Shown here piece after piece: positions 1-9,130 of a DNA stretch of 64,000 bases (position 1 is its first letter; each line of letters opens with the position of its first letter). The notes under the pieces are model-generated. The model saw nothing but the letters and a program-made list of their open reading frames with translations. It had not been told where the DNA came from and did not search any database. Source of the DNA: Dehalococcoidia bacterium (GTDB lineage: Bacteria; Chloroflexota; Dehalococcoidia; UBA6926); contig VXMO01000043.1 of the NCBI GenBank assembly GCA_009841045.1, positions 58,670 through 122,669 of the forward strand. The letters are read 5' to 3'. A program made the translations under genes and the position numbers.

Positions 1-8
1 GGGAAACA

Positions 9-599
9 ATGTCCATCATCGCCTTGTCACATGGTTTGCGTGACTTTCTCAATCGCGGAGGCGCCGCTCACGTGCAGAACGGCTACCCCTCCGGCGATGC
101 CCTCGCAGGTGTTTTTCAGGCCTGCCAGCGCACGCTAACGCAAGCCGTCGAGACCATGTCCGAAGAGGACATGGCGTGGCGGCCGTTCCCGGAGACGCCC
201 TCCGCGGGTTACTACCTCTGGCACGTCGCCCGCGTGCAGGACGCCCTGCTCCACAAGCAGATCCTCAACCGCCCTGAGATCAATGAGACACACGGCTATG
301 CCCGGGAATTCGGCCTGCCCCTTGAAGACACGGGGCAGGCATACACCTCAACACAGCGCGCCCACTTCCAGGAGCCGCCCAAGAAGGCACTGCTTGAGTA
401 CCTGGGGCTCACGTTCCAGGCCGTTCTCCGCACAATAGAGGAACTCGGGCCGGAGGGTCTGGACATTGAGACGGACAGCGGAATGCGGCGCATCCGCTAC
501 CTCATCACGCTTACCACGCACGCCAACCTCCACGCCGGCGCAATCAACCACATCAGGGAAGTCCTCACAGCCTCGAGAGAGGTTCCCGCTGAAAGCTGA
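9..599 (+). CDS. DinB/YfiT-like (DinB_2 superfamily) metal-dependent hydrolase-like protein
   Basis: 196-aa ORF starting near the window edge. Spaced His motifs (WHVARVQDALL, THANLHAGAINH) are typical of the DinB_2 four-helix family. Confidence 0.45.
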   Translation: MSIIALSHGLRDFLNRGGAAHVQNGYPSGDALAGVFQACQRTLTQAVETMSEEDMAWRPFPETPSAGYYLWHVARVQDALLHKQILNRPEINETHGYAREFGLPLEDTGQAYTSTQRAHFQEPPKKALLEYLGLTFQAVLRTIEELGPEGLDIETDSGMRRIRYLITLTTHANLHAGAINHIREVLTASREVPAES

Positions 600-1272
600 T
601 TCCCCGGTAGGCGGAGCTTCTCCCTCACGCCGCCCCATCGTCCCCCCCGTCACGCGCCCCGGCCTCTCATACGAGCGTGAACTGCTCCTTAGGGGCGCCC
701 GCCTCATCGCGGGCATCGACGAAGCCGGACGTGGCGCGCTCGCAGGCCCCGTCGCCGCAGCCGCGGTCATCCTCCCTGCTCAACCGCTGGCATGGTTTGA
801 TGACGTTGACGATTCCAAGAAACTCAGTGCCCCTGAACGGGAACGTCTGGCCAAAATGATCCTTACCGATGCAGCCGTTGGCCTCGCCATGACACCCGCA
901 AGCCGCATCGACTCCGCAGGCATCGCCACAGCAACCCGTGAAGCCATGCTGGCCGCCCTTAACACACTTGGAAGTCGCGTGGACGGCATCCTCGTGGACG
1001 GCTCGCCGCTCCCTATAGCCGACAGTATTCACCAGTTGGCCCTTACCCGCGGCGACCAGGTCTCTATCTCAGTATCAGCGGCCTCCATCATCGCGAAAGT
1101 CGCCCGTGATGAGGTCATGCGCCGTCTGGACGCCCAACATCCCGGCTACGGACTGGCAGCTAACAAGGGGTACGGGACCGCTAAACATCTTGAGGCGCTG
1201 CGAGAAATCGGCCCCTCCGCTACCCACCGCCGCACATTTCGCAATGTGGAACATACCGTCACGGCATCTTGA
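466..1272 (+). CDS. rnhB: Ribonuclease HII
   Basis: Canonical RNase HII motifs: IAGIDEAGRGALAGPV, DDSKKLS, ILVDG, ASIIAK. The start is uncertain: no ATG/GTG/TTG lies between 600 and the catalytic motif, and the ATG at 466 overlaps the upstream ORF by ~130 nt. Confidence 0.8.
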   Translation: MRRTAECGASATSSRLPRTPTSTPAQSTTSGKSSQPRERFPLKADSPVGGASPSRRPIVPPVTRPGLSYERELLLRGARLIAGIDEAGRGALAGPVAAAAVILPAQPLAWFDDVDDSKKLSAPERERLAKMILTDAAVGLAMTPASRIDSAGIATATREAMLAALNTLGSRVDGILVDGSPLPIADSIHQLALTRGDQVSISVSAASIIAKVARDEVMRRLDAQHPGYGLAANKGYGTAKHLEALREIGPSATHRRTFRNVEHTVTAS

Positions 1273-1402
1273 CACGGAACGCCCACGCCGCCTAGCATGG
1301 CGTCGTTCAGATATGTCAACCGATTTAGAGCCCCCAAGTACGGGGCACACACAAATTGCGCCGGGTCGACGCATGACTAACGTCACCGGGGCATAGACGC
1401 CA

Positions 1403-2713
1403 GTGTCCGCCCTTTTGTTGCCGGCATATCCGCTGGCCTTGATCTTGTTGACGCTGGTGGTCGCTTTGGAAGACGCGTTCTTCAAGACACGCGGAGAGCG
1501 TCTGGAACGCCTTGTGCAGCGACGCAGGCCGGGCGCGCGCCGCCTCGCCCAACTCCAGGAATCTCACGATTCACTGACCATGGCCGCTCTCATGATCCGT
1601 TCCACCGCGACGGTTCTCTTCGCCATCATCAGCTTTGGCCTCGTCTTGGAGTACAGCCCCTGGCCCTCGTTGGAGGTTCTCCTCGGAATCATCCTCACCA
1701 TTGCGGGCGTCATACTTGCCCAGGCCGCCGGGCGCGTGTGGGGCGGCCATGACGCCGATCGCCTCGCCCTCGTGTCTGCCCCCCTTGTCGCATTCGTGAA
1801 CGCCGTCCTCTCAGTACCGGCGTCAGCCCTACATACCCTGTTCCGCCCGCTCGCCCGAGCCTTGGGACAGAAAAGGTCGGATAACCTCGCCGTGGAACGC
1901 TCTGATCAGCGCAGCGCCAACGGCGACCACCTGAACGGCACGGACGACGCCGTGACAGTTGATGAGGAATGGGAGCGCAACGTCATGCGCGGCCTCGTTC
2001 GGCTGGAGTCCCTTGCCGTCCGCGAAGTCATGGTGCCGCGACCGGACATTGTTGGCATTGAGGCTGGCTCGTCATTGGAAGATGCCGTTCAGATCGTCAT
2101 GCAGGAGGGCTTCAGCCGCCTGCCCCTCTACCGTGGCAATCTCGACGATACAGTCGGCATCGTTTACGCCAAAGACCTGCTCGCTGCATTCCAGAATAAG
2201 AACGAAGACTCAACTCTGGAATCTATCGTCCGCGCTCCCTTGCACGTTCCGGAGACCAAGCGCGTCGGCGACCTCTTGCGTGAGTTCCAGTCGCGGCGTG
2301 TTCACATCGCCCTCGTTGTTGACGAATACGGCAGTCTCGTCGGTCTGGTCACGAACGAAGACCTGCTTGAGGAGATCGTTGGAGACATCGACGATGAGTT
2401 CACCGCCAGCGAGCCTCTGGTCCGCCGGGTCAGCGAGCAGGAAGCCGTCGTCGACGCCCGTGCGCCCCTCAAGTACATCAATGAGATGTTCAACGTGGAG
2501 CTGCACGCGGAGGGCGTGGACACGGTCGGTGGCCTCATCCTATACGCCCTCGGCCGCATCCCCCACCCCGGCGAGACCGTCAGCGACAACGGCTTGACCA
2601 TGACCATCCTGTCGACAACAGGCCGCCGCGTCCGTCAGGTCCGTCTCCTCCACGGAGAGTCTCCCACCGGCACCGACGCCGAAGACCACACCCCCACCGC
2701 CGCCTCCGCCTAA
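1403..2713 (+). CDS. CorC/HlyC (CNNM) family transporter: DUF21 TM domain + CBS pair + CorC_HlyC C-terminal domain
   Basis: N-terminal TM helices; a CBS pair (VMVPRPDIVGIE...HIALVVDEYGSLVGLVT); a transporter-associated C-terminal domain (TVGGLILYALGRIPHPGE). Confidence 0.8.
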   Translation: MSALLLPAYPLALILLTLVVALEDAFFKTRGERLERLVQRRRPGARRLAQLQESHDSLTMAALMIRSTATVLFAIISFGLVLEYSPWPSLEVLLGIILTIAGVILAQAAGRVWGGHDADRLALVSAPLVAFVNAVLSVPASALHTLFRPLARALGQKRSDNLAVERSDQRSANGDHLNGTDDAVTVDEEWERNVMRGLVRLESLAVREVMVPRPDIVGIEAGSSLEDAVQIVMQEGFSRLPLYRGNLDDTVGIVYAKDLLAAFQNKNEDSTLESIVRAPLHVPETKRVGDLLREFQSRRVHIALVVDEYGSLVGLVTNEDLLEEIVGDIDDEFTASEPLVRRVSEQEAVVDARAPLKYINEMFNVELHAEGVDTVGGLILYALGRIPHPGETVSDNGLTMTILSTTGRRVRQVRLLHGESPTGTDAEDHTPTAASA

Positions 2714-2717
2714 TCTC

Positions 2718-2743
2718 CGTTCGCCCTGAGCCTGTCGAAGAGC
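2718..2743. repeat. L-type unit of the dispersed palindromic repeat family (cgccctgagcctgtcgaag)
   Basis: Same 20-mer recurs at 7561-7588, 23321-23350 and 23557-23585. Confidence 0.5.
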
Positions 2744-2776
2744 ATAAGCGGGAGGACAATCGGCCAAAAATAGCTT

Positions 2777-2798
2777 GGGGGCGCCAATTGGCGCCCCC
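2777..2798. terminator. Perfect 9-bp stem / 4-nt loop hairpin (GGGGGCGCC-AATT-GGCGCCCCC) between convergent genes
   Basis: Lies between the 3' ends of the CorC gene (+) and the collagen-like gene (-). No U-tract, so it is a bidirectional terminator candidate only. Confidence 0.35.
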
Positions 2799-2829
2799 AT
2801 CAATCGTGGCTATTGTGGTCAGGCTTGGT

Positions 2830-3402
2830 CTATTTCACCCCCAGCGCCGGAGCCTCGCCCGGGCCATACACGCGGATTGCTGTGCTCGCGACCGCCGGTC
2901 CGGACGCCCCTTCCGGGGTCCTGCTTCCCACTGCGATCACTGTCCATACCCCGGGCGGCAGATCCTCCGGTATGGCGGGCAACAGATCGGAGCCAACGAC
3001 CATCTCAAGCGCGCCGGATGAATTCACCTGGGCGGTCCCCATCTCGTAATCGGTGGCAGCGCCACCTGCTTCACGAATGTACAGTGTCACGTCATCCCGT
3101 CGCGGGAAACCGGACAGCCTGAAAGTCACCCGTGTCGTTCCCGGAACAAGAATGACATTTGCATCAAGGGTATTGATATTGGCTTCGGGGTTGATGGCGC
3201 CCGGTCCTGCCTCGCCGGCCGCTCCCGCCTCGCCTGGTGTTCCGGGCTCTCCTGCCTGGCCGGGCGGCCCCGGCTGACCGTCAACGCCGTCAGAGCCGGG
3301 CGCTCCCGCAGGGCCTGCGGGTCCTCGCTCACCCTGTTCACCTTGCGGGCCTGTGCATGCGGCCAAAACAAGAATAAAGGCAGTAATCAGAACAAGGGGC
3401 AT
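2830..3402 (-). CDS. Collagen-like (GXY-repeat) secreted lipoprotein
   Basis: Start set to the ATG at 3402 (MPLVLITAFILVLAAC), giving a signal peptide plus lipobox Cys. About 17 uninterrupted Gly-X-Y triplets (GPQGEQGERGPAGPAGAPGSDGVDGQPGPPGQAGEPGTPGEAGAAGEAG) precede a C-terminal globular region. The track ORF extends to 3513 but its extra 37 residues look non-coding. Confidence 0.6.
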   Translation of the reverse strand: MPLVLITAFILVLAACTGPQGEQGERGPAGPAGAPGSDGVDGQPGPPGQAGEPGTPGEAGAAGEAGPGAINPEANINTLDANVILVPGTTRVTFRLSGFPRRDDVTLYIREAGGAATDYEMGTAQVNSSGALEMVVGSDLLPAIPEDLPPGVWTVIAVGSRTPEGASGPAVASTAIRVYGPGEAPALGVK

Positions 3403-3593
3403 CCAAAATGCTTTCCCTGTAAACACGCGCTGCTCCCTCCTGCCTAACCCCGCTCGACGCTGTGTAAATTGGCCGAAATACGCGCGCCAAACGGCTGAAA
3501 GACACTTAATCATATTGGCGCAGGTAGGGAACTGTCAAGAAGAAACGCCCTCAGACAGCCCAATCACCCAACACAGTTTTTCCCTGTCCCGCG

Positions 3594-3599
3594 TATAAT
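3594..3599 (+). promoter_or_regulatory. Perfect TATAAT -10 hexamer upstream of the tRNA-Ser pair
   Basis: TATAAT lies 21 nt upstream of tRNA-Ser(CGA). The -35 is weak. Confidence 0.3.
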
Positions 3600-3620
3600 G
3601 ACCATCGGAGAGGCCCCAAC

Positions 3621-3710
<90 letters not shown>

Positions 3711-3721
3711 TCACGCAAGAC

Positions 3722-3813
3722 GGAGAGGTGCTGGAGTGGCCGAACAGGCACGCCTGGAAAGCGTGTAGGGTCTTACCGGGCCCTCGCGGGTTCGAATCCC
3801 GCTCTCTCCGCCA
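3722..3813 (+). tRNA. tRNA-Ser (anticodon GGA), long variable arm, CCA encoded
   Basis: Acceptor GGAGAGG; anticodon stem CACGC/GCGTG with loop CTGGAAA; long variable arm; T-arm GCGGG-TTCGAAT-CCCGC. Confidence 0.85.
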
Positions 3814-3850
3814 CTTCTTTTCAACGCCCGCTCGTCCTATACACCCCCCT

Positions 3851-3890
3851 GTCATTCTGGGCGCAGCGAAGAATCCAAAGACTCCATTGC
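3851..3890. repeat. S-type palindromic repeat unit (gtcattctgggcgcagcgaagaatccaaagactcc)
   Basis: Near-identical copies at 7493-7525, 22912-22950, 23087-23120, 23199-23232 and 23408-23443. Reverse-orientation copies at 45800-45834 and 52705-52742. Confidence 0.55.
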
Positions 3891-3997
3891 ATCATGCATG
3901 CAGGAACGCGCATCGCAAGCCCCACAGACCAACCAACCTAAATCGCGAACCGGGAAAAATCTTGACCACTCACACTGAAATCGATAGCGTTGGAATC

Positions 3998-5176
3998 GTG
4001 AATGACGATCTACCATATTGGATTGCGTTCCAGCGCGTCAGTAGGCTCGGCCGGGTCAGATTTGGACATCTCGAGTCGCATTTTCCAACTCTGAAAGACG
4101 CGTGGCACGCATCAGAGTCTGACTTGCGAGCCACTCGCCTTGACGGGCGGACGGTGGACGAAATCCTCAAAACGCGCGCCGACCTCGACCCTGATGACGA
4201 GCTTGAGAGACTGCACCGTCATCGCGTCAGCGCCTACACCTGGCACGATGAGCGCTACCCTGCGCGCCTCCGCCAGATCCATGACATGCCCCCCGTCCTC
4301 TACGTCAAGGGAGAACTCAAACCGGAGGATGAACTCTCACTGGCCGTCGTTGGAACCCGCAAGGCCACGCCATACGGCCGCGAGGTCACCCGTGAATTCG
4401 TCAGAGACCTCGTGCAGGCAGGGCTCACCATTGCCAGCGGACTTGCCACCGGCATAGACTCAACGGCTCATTACGCCACCCTGCAGAATCGGGGCAGAAC
4501 GATCGCCGTCCTCGGCAGCGGTGTTGACATCATCTATCCCGCGCAGAATCGCAAGATGGCGGCGGAGATCGTGGAGAACGGCGCTCTCATCAGCGACTAC
4601 CCAATCGGCACGCCACCCATGAAAGAGAACTTCCCTCGCCGCAACCGCATCATGAGCGGCATCAGCCTTGGTTGCCTCGTCATTGAGGGGAATGAGAAGA
4701 GCGGCGCGCTGATCACTGCCCGCCAGGCTCTAGAACAGAATCGGGAGGTCTTTGCCGTCCCCGGCAGCGCCCTCAGTGAGCGCAGTCGCGGCCCCAACCT
4801 CCTCATTCAGGGCGGCGAGGCCAAGCTGGTGCTGACCTCGGAGGACATCCTGCAGGAACTCAACCTGTCCCAGGAGGATCGGCAGCTAAATTTGCCCTCG
4901 ACCTCCGAGCCTGTCGACGAAGAACAGGCCGCCGTCCTCCGTGTCCTCAGCCGTTCCCCTATCCATATTGATGAGATTTATCGCGCTTCCGGAATGTCCA
5001 TGCCGGAAGTGTCCAGTACCCTTACAATGCTTGAACTGAACGATCTCGTAAGACAGGTAGGCGGGATGCACTACGTCTTGACACGAGAGGCACATGCGAT
5101 TTACGAATCTCACAGAGGAAACAACGCTGGCGGAGAACAGCCCGAGACCAAAGCGGCCGAGAATCAGATCACTTAA
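3998..5176 (+). CDS. dprA: DNA processing protein A (Smf/DprA)
   Basis: Rossmann-like DprA core (LAVVGTRKATPYGRE...GLATGIDSTAHYATL...AVLGSGVDIIYP...FPRRNRIMSGISLGCLVIEGNEKSGALITA). GTG start at 3998, after the tRNA genes. The track ORF from 3683 runs through the tRNA. Confidence 0.8.
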   Translation: MNDDLPYWIAFQRVSRLGRVRFGHLESHFPTLKDAWHASESDLRATRLDGRTVDEILKTRADLDPDDELERLHRHRVSAYTWHDERYPARLRQIHDMPPVLYVKGELKPEDELSLAVVGTRKATPYGREVTREFVRDLVQAGLTIASGLATGIDSTAHYATLQNRGRTIAVLGSGVDIIYPAQNRKMAAEIVENGALISDYPIGTPPMKENFPRRNRIMSGISLGCLVIEGNEKSGALITARQALEQNREVFAVPGSALSERSRGPNLLIQGGEAKLVLTSEDILQELNLSQEDRQLNLPSTSEPVDEEQAAVLRVLSRSPIHIDEIYRASGMSMPEVSSTLTMLELNDLVRQVGGMHYVLTREAHAIYESHRGNNAGGEQPETKAAENQIT

Positions 5177-5191
5177 AGAGGCAATCACCGT

Positions 5192-7483
5192 ATGACAACC
5201 GGACGAAAGAAGACGACGACCACGCGCAAGACAAAGAAGGCCGCTGCATCAAGCACTGGCCGCGCAAATGGTCGCTCGTCAACGGCCCGGAGAACGAGCG
5301 CAGCATCCCGGTCTACTGTGGTTCCCGGCGCTGATGTCGTCATCGTTGAGTCTCCCGCAAAGGCCCGAACACTCTCTCGCATCCTCGGCAACCGCTACAA
5401 CGTCCTTGCCTCAATCGGCCACGTCCGCGATCTCCCCAAGAGCAAGATGGCCATCGACGTCGAGAATGATTTTGCGCCGGACTATATCGTGCCCCGTGAC
5501 AAGTCCGCTGTCGTTAAGGAAATAAAGGCCGCAACGAACGCCGCGGGCACCGTCTACCTCGCAACAGACCCCGACCGTGAAGGCGAGGCCATCTCATGGC
5601 ACCTGATGGAGGCCGCCGGCATCCCGGAAGATCGGATGCGCCGCGTCGTCTTTCATGAGGTAACGGAGAACGCCGTCCGCCGCGCCTTTGACGAGCCACG
5701 CGGCATCGACGTCGATCTCGTCAACGCCTATCAGGCCAGACGCGTCCTTGACCGCCTCGTCGGATACCGCCTCAGCCCCGTCCTCTGGAGCAAGGTGCGC
5801 AAGGGGCTGTCGGCTGGCCGCGTCCAATCCGCCGCCCTCCGCCTCGTCGTTGAGCGCGAAGCTGAAATCGACGCGTTCGTTCCTCAAGAGTACTGGGAAA
5901 TCGACGCCGATCTCCTCACGCAGGCCACACAGGCAGAAGAATTCTCGGCGCGATACCGCTCAGAGTTGGGCGCAAGCCGGCAAGCCACCATCCCGAATGA
6001 GGAGACGACCAACAGGATTCTGACAGACCTCCGCGCGAGTTCCTATCAGGTCGCGTCCGTCCGCCGCCGTGAGACAACGCGTCGTCCCGGCCCGCCATTC
6101 ATCACCTCCACGCTCCAGCAGGAGGCATTTCGCAAACTGCGGTTCACCGCCCGCCGGACCATGACCGTCGCCCAGCAGCTCTATGAAGGCCTGCCCATCG
6201 GCAATGAAGGCCCCATCGGACTCATCACGTACATGCGGACCGACTCAACCAACATGGCAAATGAGGCCGTGCAAGAAGCGCGAGCCGTCATCGGCAACCG
6301 CTACGGCAAGGACCATGTCCCCGCCTCTCCCCGCTCCTTCTCGCGTCGCGTCAAGGGAGCGCAGGAGGCCCATGAGGCCATCCGACCCACATCCTTCATG
6401 CGTGACCCTGAGTCGCTGCGAAACTCTCTGAACCGCGAGCAATTCAACCTCTACCAGCTCATCTGGCAGCGCGCCCTCGCGTCCCAGATGGCCGACGCGA
6501 AGTTCGACCAGACTACGGTGGACATCACAGCATCCGGCGCGCCTTCCGGCGTCAGCCACACCCTTCGCGTCACTGGCTCAATCATGACCTTTGCGGGCTA
6601 CCTCGCAGTCTATAGAGAGGGGATCGATGAGCCGGACATCGACTCTGATGAAGGGCGTGTCCTGCCTGATCTGCGTGAGGGACAGCCAGTCGACCTCCGA
6701 AACGTCGCGGGAACGCAGCGCTTCACACAACCCCCGCCCCGCTTTACGGAAGCCACGTTGATTAGGGCTCTGGAAGAGCGAGGCATCGGACGCCCCAGCA
6801 CCTACGCCGCCATCCTCAGCACAATCCAGGACCGCGGCTATGTTGACAAGGCGGACAACCGCTTTCGACCTCTCAAACTCGGTACGGCGGTGTCCGGTCT
6901 CCTCTCCGAGTATTTCCCACAGGTGTCCAGCCTGGATTTCACCTCGCGCATTGAGGAGGAGCTGGACGACGTTGCGCGTGGCGAGCGTGAGTGGGTGCCC
7001 GTCTTGCGTGATTTCTACGGGCCGTTCAACGAACGCATCGACACCGCGCAGGAAAAGATTGAGCGCGTCAGCAACATTGACGAAGAGACAGACGAAGTCT
7101 GCCCGGAGTGCGACGCGAACATGGTCATCAAGCGCGGCCGCTACGGTCCGTTCCTCTCCTGCTCGCGGTTCCCGGAATGTCGCGGCATGAAGCGCATCCA
7201 GAAGGGCACCGGCGCCAACTGCCCCGAGTGCGGCGGCGAACTCGTCCAGCGATCATCCCGCAAGTCCCGACGCCCCTTCTACGGCTGCTCCAACTATCCC
7301 AACTGCAACTTCCTCACCAACCAGGAGCCGCTCCCACAGCCCTGCCCTGACTGCGGCGGCCTCGTCGTTGCCACCAGCCGAACCGATGCCGCATGCAATG
7401 ACAAGGAATGCGGCTGGCAAGGCTCCCGCGAGGAACTCACTGCCGAGCAGCCACAACCGGAACCTCAACTCGTCGAAGTCTAG
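5192..7483 (+). CDS. topA: DNA topoisomerase I
   Basis: Toprim and topo IA domains (VIVESPAKARTL...YLATDPDREGEAISWHL...). Three C-terminal C4 zinc ribbons. Lys/Arg-rich N-terminal extension. RBS AAAGAGG lies 9 nt upstream. Confidence 0.95.
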   Translation: MTTGRKKTTTTRKTKKAAASSTGRANGRSSTARRTSAASRSTVVPGADVVIVESPAKARTLSRILGNRYNVLASIGHVRDLPKSKMAIDVENDFAPDYIVPRDKSAVVKEIKAATNAAGTVYLATDPDREGEAISWHLMEAAGIPEDRMRRVVFHEVTENAVRRAFDEPRGIDVDLVNAYQARRVLDRLVGYRLSPVLWSKVRKGLSAGRVQSAALRLVVEREAEIDAFVPQEYWEIDADLLTQATQAEEFSARYRSELGASRQATIPNEETTNRILTDLRASSYQVASVRRRETTRRPGPPFITSTLQQEAFRKLRFTARRTMTVAQQLYEGLPIGNEGPIGLITYMRTDSTNMANEAVQEARAVIGNRYGKDHVPASPRSFSRRVKGAQEAHEAIRPTSFMRDPESLRNSLNREQFNLYQLIWQRALASQMADAKFDQTTVDITASGAPSGVSHTLRVTGSIMTFAGYLAVYREGIDEPDIDSDEGRVLPDLREGQPVDLRNVAGTQRFTQPPPRFTEATLIRALEERGIGRPSTYAAILSTIQDRGYVDKADNRFRPLKLGTAVSGLLSEYFPQVSSLDFTSRIEEELDDVARGEREWVPVLRDFYGPFNERIDTAQEKIERVSNIDEETDEVCPECDANMVIKRGRYGPFLSCSRFPECRGMKRIQKGTGANCPECGGELVQRSSRKSRRPFYGCSNYPNCNFLTNQEPLPQPCPDCGGLVVATSRTDAACNDKECGWQGSREELTAEQPQPEPQLVEV

Positions 7484-7492
7484 CCCACTCTT

Positions 7493-7588
7493 GTCATTCC
7501 TAGCGCAGCCGAGGAATCTAGAGCCTCACTTGCGCCGCCCAACCCGGTAACGCCACTCCCCGCTCACCCTGAGCCTGCCGAAGGGTGT
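7493..7588. repeat. Composite S + P-fragment + L palindromic repeat units
   Basis: gtcattcctagcgcagccgaggaatc ... ccggtaacgccactcccc ... gctcaccctgagcctgccgaaggg. Same family as the array at 22903-23700. Confidence 0.5.
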
Positions 7589-7619
7589 CTCTTTTTCAAA
7601 CCTGGTCTAAAATAGTGGT

Positions 7620-8669
7620 ATGGCACTCAAACCAGCCCTCGCTCCCGACCAACCCGCGGACGCCACGACAATCCCACAGGAATGGACGGCCCGCCTGCAA
7701 GACTTCGCCGCGTTCCTCGAATACGAACGCGGCGCGTCTCGCTACACCCTCCGTAACTACATGGGCGACATCGGCCTCTTCCTCCAATTCCTGGCGGATG
7801 AGGGCGTCAAACAACTGCCGGACGCCACCCGCGACCACGCGCAGCGATGGGTCTATGACCTGACGATGGACGGCTCGGCCCGTTCCTCCATCGCCCGCCG
7901 TCTCTCAGCGCTCCGCTCCTTCTGGCGCTTTCTCGCCCGAGAGGGCGTCATTGAAAACCCCGAAGTAATCACAAAGACCCCCTCACCCAAGATCGGCCGT
8001 CGCCTGCCGGATCTCCTCTCCGAACGAGATGCCGAGCGACTCGTCCACGCGCCGCTCCGGTTCGCGGAGAGCATTGATGCATCAACCGTAGACAAGCAGC
8101 AGGCTCTCCAACGTGCCCTCGCACTGCGAGACTACGCCGTCCTGGAACTCGCATATGGCGCGGGACTGCGTGTGGCGGAAATCGCCTCCCTGAATCTGGC
8201 CGGCCTTGATCTCCGCAACCGTGTCGCGCGGGTGTGGGGTAAACGCTCAAAGCAGCGCGAGACGCTCTTTGGAGAACCGTGCCGGGGGGCCCTGTCCATG
8301 TATCTCAACGATGCCCGCCCCCTGCTCGCCCGTGGCATCAGGACACGCGCCGCAGTCTTTCTCAACAGCCGCGGCGGACGCCTGACCACGCGCGGCATTG
8401 AACTCTCCCTCAAGAAATGGGCTCGCGCCGAAAACCTGCCGGAAGACATCCATCCCCACACCCTTCGTCACTCTTTCGCGACGCATATGCTGGACGGCGG
8501 CGCTGATCTAAGGCTCGTGCAGGAAATGCTCGGGCACGCCTCCGTCGCCACCACGGAGATCTACACGCACGTCTCACAAGCGCAGATGGCGCAGGCCTAC
8601 GCCCGCGCCCACCCCGGCATGAACCGCGACGATGATAGTGAATCTCAACGAAACAACGTTGCTGACTGA
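7620..8669 (+). CDS. xerC: Tyrosine recombinase XerC/XerD family
   Basis: Catalytic box RHSFATHMLDGGADLRLVQEMLGHASVATTEIYTHV. N-terminal SAM-like core-binding domain. Confidence 0.85.
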   Translation: MALKPALAPDQPADATTIPQEWTARLQDFAAFLEYERGASRYTLRNYMGDIGLFLQFLADEGVKQLPDATRDHAQRWVYDLTMDGSARSSIARRLSALRSFWRFLAREGVIENPEVITKTPSPKIGRRLPDLLSERDAERLVHAPLRFAESIDASTVDKQQALQRALALRDYAVLELAYGAGLRVAEIASLNLAGLDLRNRVARVWGKRSKQRETLFGEPCRGALSMYLNDARPLLARGIRTRAAVFLNSRGGRLTTRGIELSLKKWARAENLPEDIHPHTLRHSFATHMLDGGADLRLVQEMLGHASVATTEIYTHVSQAQMAQAYARAHPGMNRDDDSESQRNNVAD

Positions 8670-8681
8670 TAAAATGGCCGC

Positions 8682-9122
8682 ATGAGAGTACTACTCATCA
8701 ACGGCCCGAACCTGAATCGCCTCGGCCACCGGGATCCCGCTGTCTATGGAACAACTACCCTCGCCGAGATCGAGGTGGCATTCTCCGCGCGCGTGAAAGA
8801 GCGCGGTGCAGAATGCGTTTGCTTCCAGTCGAACCACGAGGGGGCCATCGTCGATTTTCTCCAATCGCAGATTCCCAACGGCATCGACGGTATCGTCATC
8901 AACCCCGGCGCTCTCACACACTACGGCCTCAGTCTCCGTGACGCCCTGCAGGACGTCGGCGCGCCCACTATCGAAGTCCACCTCTCAAACATCCACGCTC
9001 GGGAAGAGTTTCGACGCCACAGCGTCATCGCCCCCATTGCCCGTGGCCAAATGACCGGTTTCGGTTGGCGCGCCTACCTTTGGGCGCTGGATTATCTCAT
9101 CGACGAGATAGATAAGGACTAG
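8682..9122 (+). CDS. aroQ: 3-dehydroquinate dehydratase, type II
   Basis: MRVLLINGPNLNRLGHRDPAVYG ... HLSNIHAREEFRRHS. 146 aa. Confidence 0.9.
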   Translation: MRVLLINGPNLNRLGHRDPAVYGTTTLAEIEVAFSARVKERGAECVCFQSNHEGAIVDFLQSQIPNGIDGIVINPGALTHYGLSLRDALQDVGAPTIEVHLSNIHAREEFRRHSVIAPIARGQMTGFGWRAYLWALDYLIDEIDKD

Positions 9123-9130
9123 GGACAGAA

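Noticed and set aside
2830-3513. Longer start for the collagen-like gene (track ORF to 3513)
   Set aside because: The upstream 37 codons (MIKCLSAVWRAYFGQFTQRRAG...) precede the signal peptide and have no RBS support. The ATG at 3402 gives a canonical signal peptide and lipobox.
7620-8669. XerC as an integrase marking a mobile element
   Set aside because: The full Xer-type catalytic signature sits in a housekeeping context (topA upstream, aroQ-pepP-efp downstream). There are no flanking phage or IS genes, att-like direct repeats or compositional shift.
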